Origin: a bacterium
GTDB lineage: Bacteria; Patescibacteriota; Minisyncoccia; Minisyncoccales; PWPS01
Direction: 5' to 3'
NCBI GenBank assembly: GCA_018400405.1
Contig: JAGYMX010000001.1
Span: 1 to 61,084, forward strand
Length of the DNA stretch: 61,084 nucleotides
Under the pieces are notes generated by a model. That model saw nothing but the letters and a program-made list of their open reading frames with translations, did not search any database and had not been told where the DNA came from. Of the stretch, positions 56,031-61,084 are shown one piece after another (position 1 is the first letter of the stretch; each line of letters begins with the position of its first letter). The position numbers were made by a program, and so were the translations under genes.

Positions 56031-56600
56031 CTATTTTTTTTCTTCTTTTTTTACAACTTTTTCCTTTTTTTCTTCCTCCTTTTTATTTTCTTTACTTTCT
56101 TTGTTTTTCTCTTCTTTCTCTTCTTCTTTTGTTTCTATACCTTCTACCATCTTTAATTTTTGCAGTGCTTTTATCGTTGCTTTTGCGTTGTTCAGTTTAT
56201 TCCTCGTGTTTCCTAATATTTTTCCGGAGATATTTTCTATTCCCGCCATCGCGCAGATTGTTCTCACCGTCCCTCCCGCAACAAGTCCTCGTCCTTCTGA
56301 CTGTGGTTTTAAAAGCACAACTGCCGCTCCAAATTTTGCCTTTACTTCATAAGGAATGGTTCCTCCTTTTGAGATACAAATTTTTACTATTTCTTTTTGT
56401 GCTTTTTTATTTGCTTTCTCTATAGATTGCTGGACATCTTGTCCTTTTGCTGTTCCCACTCCTACCTTTCCTTTTTTATCCCCAACAACAACCACTGTTT
56501 TAAAACGCAAGCGCCTTCCTCCAGCAGTCATTCTTTCTACCCTGCTTATTGCAAGAACCTCATTTTCAAACTCTTTTTTGTTTTCACTTTTTTTTATCAT
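56031..56600 (-). CDS. rpsE: 30S ribosomal protein S5
   Basis: RV...GGRR.RF...VVVGD..G.VG.G, G.GLVAGG.VR. Confidence 0.97.
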   Translation of the reverse strand: MIKKSENKKEFENEVLAISRVERMTAGGRRLRFKTVVVVGDKKGKVGVGTAKGQDVQQSIEKANKKAQKEIVKICISKGGTIPYEVKAKFGAAVVLLKPQSEGRGLVAGGTVRTICAMAGIENISGKILGNTRNKLNNAKATIKALQKLKMVEGIETKEEEKEEKNKESKENKKEEEKKEKVVKKEEKK

Positions 56601-56617
56601 ATTTTGAAAAAATTATC

Positions 56618-56974
56618 TTAGAACTCCAGCCCACCTTTCCGTGCACCTTCTGCTACCGCTTTTACTCTTCCGTGATAAAGGTATCCTCGGCGATCAAAGA
56701 CAACTTTTTTTATTTTTTTTGCTTCTGCCTTCTTTGCGATCCTTTCTCCAAGTTTAAATGCTTTTTCAATTTTCCCCTTCTCTTTCTTTTTTCCTCCTTC
56801 TTCTTTTTGGAAATCCTTTTCTGAAAGAAGAACCTTTCCCGATGTATCATCTATAATCTGTGCATAGACGTGTTTTAAAGAACGAAAAACAAGCAAGCGC
56901 GGTTTTTCTGGAGTTCCAAAAATACGCGATCTTATTGCTTTCTGTCTTTTTTTTAATTTTTCTCTATCTGTCAT
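56618..56974 (-). CDS. rplR: 50S ribosomal protein L18
   Basis: PRL.VFRS.KHVYAQIIDD, VVFDR.GYLYHGRV.A.A.GAR.GGL.F. Confidence 0.98.
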   Translation of the reverse strand: MTDREKLKKRQKAIRSRIFGTPEKPRLLVFRSLKHVYAQIIDDTSGKVLLSEKDFQKEEGGKKKEKGKIEKAFKLGERIAKKAEAKKIKKVVFDRRGYLYHGRVKAVAEGARKGGLEF

Positions 56975-56988
56975 AATAAGTTTTTAGA

Positions 56989-57528
56989 TTATTTACCTAC
57001 GCTTTTCTTTCCTTCTTTAATTACAACCTTTTCATCTTTATATCTTATTCCTTTTCCTTTATACGGCTCTGGTGGACGCACCTTTCTAATTTCTGCAGCA
57101 ACTCTCCCTACAAGATCTTTTTTAATACCAGAAACAGCAACGATGTCCTTTTTTACAGAAAAATCAACTCCTTCTACTTTCTTTATTTTTACAGGATGTG
57201 AAAAACCTACTTTTAAAAGAAGGTCCTCTCCTTGCATCTCTGCGCGATATCCTATTCCTTTTATCTGTAACTCTTTTGTATATCCTTCTGTCACTCCTTC
57301 AATCATATTCGCAATAAGTGCTCTTGCTGTTCCCCAAAAGGCCCTACTTTTTTTACTTTTCTTTTTTTCCAAAACAAGAATCTCGCCAGATTCTTCTTTC
57401 ACTTCTACTTCTGGAAAGATATCCACAAAAAGCTCTCCTTTTGGGCCCTTCACAAAAACTTTCTCTTCTTTTATGTCTACAGCTACTCCTTCAGGTATTT
57501 TAATTGGTTTTTTTCCTACTCTGGACAT
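56989..57528 (-). CDS. rplF: 50S ribosomal protein L6 (likely ATG 57528)
   Basis: MSRVGKKPI.IP, GFSHP, RPPEPYKGKGIRY. Confidence 0.97.
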   Translation of the reverse strand: MSRVGKKPIKIPEGVAVDIKEEKVFVKGPKGELFVDIFPEVEVKEESGEILVLEKKKSKKSRAFWGTARALIANMIEGVTEGYTKELQIKGIGYRAEMQGEDLLLKVGFSHPVKIKKVEGVDFSVKKDIVAVSGIKKDLVGRVAAEIRKVRPPEPYKGKGIRYKDEKVVIKEGKKSVGK

Positions 57529-57539
57529 TTTTTTTATTT

Positions 57540-57935
57540 TTACCACACTTCGCAAAGAACCTCTCCGCCTAAGCTTTTCTTTCTCGCTTCGTTGTTTGTC
57601 ATCACACCATCAGGAGTAGAAATGACAAAAACCCCTCTTCCTCCCTTTACGCTCCTTAGTTCTTTACATTTTTTATATATTCTTTGTCCCGGAGAAGAAA
57701 CTCTTTTAAGCTCTGTTACTACCGGGATTCCTTTTTCATCATACTTTAAAGAAATCGTAAAAAAATTTCCTTTTTCTTTTTTCTTTTTTTCAACCTTCCC
57801 CCAAAATCCTTCGTTTTCAAGGCATTTAGCAATACTATACTTTGTTTCCGAAAAAGGAACTTCTATTATCTTTTTCCCCACCGCTTGTGCGGTGCGAACT
57901 CTGTTTAACATGTCTGCAATTGGGTCAGTATACAT
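57540..57935 (-). CDS. rpsH: 30S ribosomal protein S8
   Basis: TDPIADML.R.R, VS.PG.R.Y, GGEVLC.VW. Confidence 0.98.
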   Translation of the reverse strand: MYTDPIADMLNRVRTAQAVGKKIIEVPFSETKYSIAKCLENEGFWGKVEKKKKEKGNFFTISLKYDEKGIPVVTELKRVSSPGQRIYKKCKELRSVKGGRGVFVISTPDGVMTNNEARKKSLGGEVLCEVW

Positions 57936-57969
57936 TGGAAAAGTTTTATCACTTAATTTTTTATACTTC

Positions 57970-58155
57970 TTACCAGCTTGATTTTCTTACTCCAGGAATC
58001 TCTCCTTTGTTCGCCATTTCTCGAAAACATATTCGGCAAAGTCCAAATTTTCTAAAAACACCCCTTTCTCTTCCACACTTAAAACATCTTCTTACCTGTC
58101 GAGTAGAAAACTTAGGTTTTTCTTTTGATTTTTCTATTTTTGCTTTTCTTGCCAT
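57970..58155 (-). CDS. rpsN: 30S ribosomal protein S14 (zinc type)
   Basis: RC..CGR......[21 protein letters not shown]. Confidence 0.98.
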   Translation of the reverse strand: MARKAKIEKSKEKPKFSTRQVRRCFKCGRERGVFRKFGLCRICFREMANKGEIPGVRKSSW

Positions 58156-58172
58156 AAAAAATTACAAGCTTT

Positions 58173-58733
58173 TTATTTTTCTTTTTTTAAAGGTATTCCT
58201 AACTTTCGAAATAATGCTAACGCCTCTTCTCTGTTTTTTGTTGTTGTCACTACAGTTATTTCTACACCAAAGAAAAAATCTGTATCATCTCCAGAAATTT
58301 CCGGAAAAACTAGTTGCTCCTTAACTCCTACCGTAAGATTTCCTGCCTTATCAACCGAAGAAAGATTAATTCCTTGAAAATCACGTATTCGTGGGAAAAC
58401 AACATGGATGAGGCGTTCTAAAAAATGGTACATTCTTTTTCCACGAAGAGTAACTCGCAAACCGATCGGCATTCCCTTTCTTAAGCTAAATCCAGAAACC
58501 GACTTCTTCGCTGGCCTTATCTGCGGTTTTTGCCCTGTTATAAGCATCAAGTCATGAGAAACTTTTTTTAAAACCTCTTCTCTGCGCGTAGAATCTTTCG
58601 TTACCCAGTTTCCAATCCCAACATTCACCACAACTTTTTCTGGTCTCGGACACTGAAAAAAGTTCTTCAGCTTCAACTCTTTTTGAAGATCTAAAGAAAT
58701 TTCTTTTTTGTATTTTTCTTGTAATCTGTCCAT
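58173..58733 (-). CDS. rplE: 50S ribosomal protein L5
   Basis: KVVVNVG.G, ITGQKP, G..VTLRG..MY.FL.RL, PRIRDF.G. Confidence 0.98.
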   Translation of the reverse strand: MDRLQEKYKKEISLDLQKELKLKNFFQCPRPEKVVVNVGIGNWVTKDSTRREEVLKKVSHDLMLITGQKPQIRPAKKSVSGFSLRKGMPIGLRVTLRGKRMYHFLERLIHVVFPRIRDFQGINLSSVDKAGNLTVGVKEQLVFPEISGDDTDFFFGVEITVVTTTKNREEALALFRKLGIPLKKEK

Positions 58734-59044
58734 TATATTTTTTGCTTACATTTTTTGCAAACCCTCTCTTTGTTTTCTTTGCCAACTCTTGTCCCTTTGT
58801 TGCACTTCGGGCAAAGAAGCTTCACGTTGGAAACAGAGATTGGGGCAGGAAACTCTACAATCTGCCCTGTTTTCTTTCCTTTTTGTTGCTGTTTCTGCTT
58901 TTCTGGAGAAACATGTTTTTTTAAAAGATTAACTCCTTCTACAGAAACTTTTCCTTCTTTCGGAAGGACATATAATACTTTCCCTTTCTTTCCTCGGTCT
59001 TTCCCACTTATTATTAAAACTGTATCTCCTTTTTTTATTTTCAT
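58733..59044 (-). CDS. rplX: 50S ribosomal protein L24
   Basis: [31 protein letters not shown]. Confidence 0.98.
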   Translation of the reverse strand: MKIKKGDTVLIISGKDRGKKGKVLYVLPKEGKVSVEGVNLLKKHVSPEKQKQQQKGKKTGQIVEFPAPISVSNVKLLCPKCNKGTRVGKENKERVCKKCKQKI

Positions 59045-59050
59045 ATTTTT

Positions 59051-59422
59051 TTAAACAACTTCTTTTGCCATTGTTGTAATCTCTTTAAATCCCATTTCTG
59101 CAAGTTCCCGCGGGACAGGCCCGAAAATTCTTCCTCCTTTTGGTTTTTTCGTCTTTCCATCAAGAACAACCGCCGCATTTTCGTCAAAACGAAGGTAACT
59201 TCCGTCTTTTCTACGATAATTATATCTTTGACGTACAACTACTGCCCTTACAATATCATGTTTTTTAACCGTTTTTCTCGGTTCTGCTTTTTTTACCGCA
59301 GCAACAATAACATCTCCTATTCTCGCATATCTTTTTCGTGTTCCTCCAAGCACACGAAAACACTGTATCTCTTTCGCACCCGCGTTATCGGCAACTTTTA
59401 AAATTGTTTCTGTCTGAATCAT
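59051..59422 (-). CDS. rplN: 50S ribosomal protein L14
   Basis: MIQ....[25 protein letters not shown]. Confidence 0.98.
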   Translation of the reverse strand: MIQTETILKVADNAGAKEIQCFRVLGGTRKRYARIGDVIVAAVKKAEPRKTVKKHDIVRAVVVRQRYNYRRKDGSYLRFDENAAVVLDGKTKKPKGGRIFGPVPRELAEMGFKEITTMAKEVV

Positions 59423-59444
59423 GTTTCTATTTTTCTAAAAATCT

Positions 59445-59735
59445 CTAAAACTCTACTTTTTTACTTTCTTCTGGTTTTTCTTTTTTCTTAAAAGATTTTT
59501 TTGCTTCTACTTTTCCAATTACTCTCCATTTTTTTTCTTTACTTATCGGGCGGCATTCTTCAATTATTACTTTGTCTCCCACTTTAAAATCTTCTTTTTC
59601 GTCATGTGCTTTATACTTTTTGTGCACACTGTAACGCTTTTTATATCGCGGATGCTCTTTCACTCTTTCCACCTCTACCACTACTGTTTTTTCCATTTTG
59701 TCGGACACAATAGTGCCTTTTAACTTATTTCTCAT
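59445..59735 (-). CDS. rpsQ: 30S ribosomal protein S17
   Basis: G..VSDKMEKTVVV, HP.Y.K, KYKAHD, ECRPISK.K.W. Confidence 0.98.
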   Translation of the reverse strand: MRNKLKGTIVSDKMEKTVVVEVERVKEHPRYKKRYSVHKKYKAHDEKEDFKVGDKVIIEECRPISKEKKWRVIGKVEAKKSFKKKEKPEESKKVEF

Positions 59736-59922
59736 TTTTTTTCCTCTCTTTTAAAATTGTTTTTATTCGTGCAATATCTTTTCTTAAATTTAACACCTCT
59801 TTCGTGTTTTTTGCCTTAGCACTTTCTCCCATAAAAGAAAGATCGTTAATTCTTTTCTTTTTTTCAGCAATAAGCTTAAGACATTCTTCTTCGCTTTTTT
59901 TTCTTATCTCTTTTGGTTTCAT
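59725..59922 (-). CDS. rpmC: 50S ribosomal protein L29 (likely ATG 59922)
   Basis: MK..EIR, RKDIARIKT.L; between rplP and rpsQ. Confidence 0.92.
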   Translation of the reverse strand: MKPKEIRKKSEEECLKLIAEKKKRINDLSFMGESAKAKNTKEVLNLRKDIARIKTILKERKKNEK

Positions 59923-59951
59923 AATCAATTTTTTCAAGACAGATTTTTAGC

Positions 59952-60356
59952 TTACTTCTTTACAAACTTTGTTTTTAAAGAAAGTTTATCTCCTGCTTTT
60001 CTTAAAGCATCTTTTGCCGAGTCTTCTGTTATCCCATCAATCTCAAAAACAACTCTTCCTTTTTTTACAGGTGCAGCATAATGGTCTACACCTCCCTTTC
60101 CTCCCCCCATGGGGACTTCTTGTCCTTTTCTTGTTATCGGTTTGTCAGGAAAAATTCTTATCCACATTTTTCCTCCCTTGCGCAGATAACGGATAATTGC
60201 ACGCCTTGCCGCTTCAATCTGTCGAGAGTTTACCATCCCGTTCTCCTCAACTCTTAACCCGTAACTCCCAAAATTAACAAAAGAACCTTTTCGTGCAACC
60301 CCTTTTATTCTTCCTTTGCGGTGTTTTCTATGTTTTACTTTTTTCGGCGCTAACAT
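59952..60356 (-). CDS. rplP: 50S ribosomal protein L16
   Basis: ML.PKK.KHRK..KG, QIEAARRA, WIRIFPD.P, MG.GKG. Confidence 0.98.
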   Translation of the reverse strand: MLAPKKVKHRKHRKGRIKGVARKGSFVNFGSYGLRVEENGMVNSRQIEAARRAIIRYLRKGGKMWIRIFPDKPITRKGQEVPMGGGKGGVDHYAAPVKKGRVVFEIDGITEDSAKDALRKAGDKLSLKTKFVKK

Positions 60357-60358
60357 AA

Positions 60359-61003
60359 TTAAAAAACTTCACCTTTGTAAATAAAAACTTTCACTCCTAT
60401 TGCTCCGTAAGGGCATCTTGCCATTTCAAATCCGTAATCAACGTTCCCTCGTATTGTTTCTCTTTTTAGCTGTCCTTCTTGAAAATATTCGCTACGAGCG
60501 ATCTCAATTCCGTTTAATCTTCCACTCACCTGTATTCTTACCCCCTTTACTTCTTTGTGCATCACAATCTTGTGCATCGCTTGTTTTACTACTTTTCTGT
60601 AGGGCAATCTTTTCTCAAGTTGCCTTGCAATATCTTGTGCAACAAGAGAAGAAGAGAGCCAGGGATCTTTTACTTCTTTGATCTCAAGACGAACATTTTT
60701 CTTGTCTTTGGAAAGAGACCTAAGCTGATTTTCTATCTTCTTCTTTAAAATCTTTACTCCTTCTCCTCCTCTTCCAATAATAAGACCAGGGCGTGAACTG
60801 TAAATTATAATACTTATTTCATCCAGGGAACGCTCTATCTCCATCTTCTCTACGCTCATTTCGCGAAGAAACTTTTTTAAAATCTTTCTTATTTCATGAT
60901 CTTCTTTAAGATAACCAGCAAAGTTGTTTTCATAAAAACCTTTTGATTCCCAATCTTTCCTTTCTCCAATACGATAAATTTTTGGATGGACTTTGTGTGT
61001 CAT
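60359..61003 (-). CDS. rpsC: 30S ribosomal protein S3
   Basis: HKVHP...R.G, RPG.IIGR.G, SGRL.G.EIAR.E, YG.IGVKV.IYKG. Confidence 0.98.
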   Translation of the reverse strand: MTHKVHPKIYRIGERKDWESKGFYENNFAGYLKEDHEIRKILKKFLREMSVEKMEIERSLDEISIIIYSSRPGLIIGRGGEGVKILKKKIENQLRSLSKDKKNVRLEIKEVKDPWLSSSLVAQDIARQLEKRLPYRKVVKQAMHKIVMHKEVKGVRIQVSGRLNGIEIARSEYFQEGQLKRETIRGNVDYGFEMARCPYGAIGVKVFIYKGEVF

Positions 61004-61054
61004 ATTAATTACTTACCTTTTCACAAATTAAATATTCCGTATTTTTTATAATTA

Positions 61055-61084
61055 TTATATTGATTTTCTTCTAAATATTTGCTT
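61055..61084 (-). CDS. Probable last codons of ribosomal protein L22 (partial)
   Basis: Open frame ...KQIFRRKSI-stop entering from the window edge, where rplV is expected upstream of rpsC; only 9 residues visible. Confidence 0.4.
   Translation of the reverse strand, partial: KQIFRRKSI

Noticed and set aside
1..61084. Alternative genetic code (TGA recoding), CRISPR arrays, inteins, group I/II introns, transposases
   Set aside because: Conserved genes are intact under code 11 with TGA at true ends (e.g. thyA, alaS, adk); no repeat-spacer arrays or interrupted core genes were seen.

Overview
AT-rich housekeeping segment of a reduced bacterial genome, read with the standard code (TGA is used as stop). 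It is most consistent with Patescibacteria/CPR (Parcubacteria-like). Supporting signs are no rpmD (L30) in the spc operon, no rplA (L1) after rplK, shortened aminoacyl-tRNA synthetases, an HQLRTPL-type multi-TM histidine kinase and several unassigned membrane proteins; the taxonomy is inferred, not tested. Most genes are on the minus strand: the S10(end)-spc-alpha ribosomal superoperon, gatCA/gatB, pheST, gyrB, secE-nusG-rplK, a dTMP-synthesis cassette, rpmF-nusB-rnc-rpsP-khpA-trmD, a P-type ATPase and the 5' end of uvrB. Only glyQS and dnaE-thrS-hyp-miaB-miaA are on the plus strand. Features missing from the ORF track were read directly: three tRNAs (fMet, CAT/Met, Asp), rpmJ, partial uvrB, a probable rplV end, and several promoters and terminators. 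No integrase, transposase or CRISPR array was seen. The most unusual signals are: (1) a glycine T-box riboswitch with a non-canonical Stem I; (2) a duplicated tRNA-Asp 3' end carrying a structured 38-nt insertion in its T-loop; (3) an operator-controlled Rossmann-fold protein next to an orphan multi-TM sensor kinase; (4) a thymidylate cassette sitting where rplA is normally found; (5) a membrane-anchored baseplate-J-like protein in a block that splits the spc-alpha superoperon.
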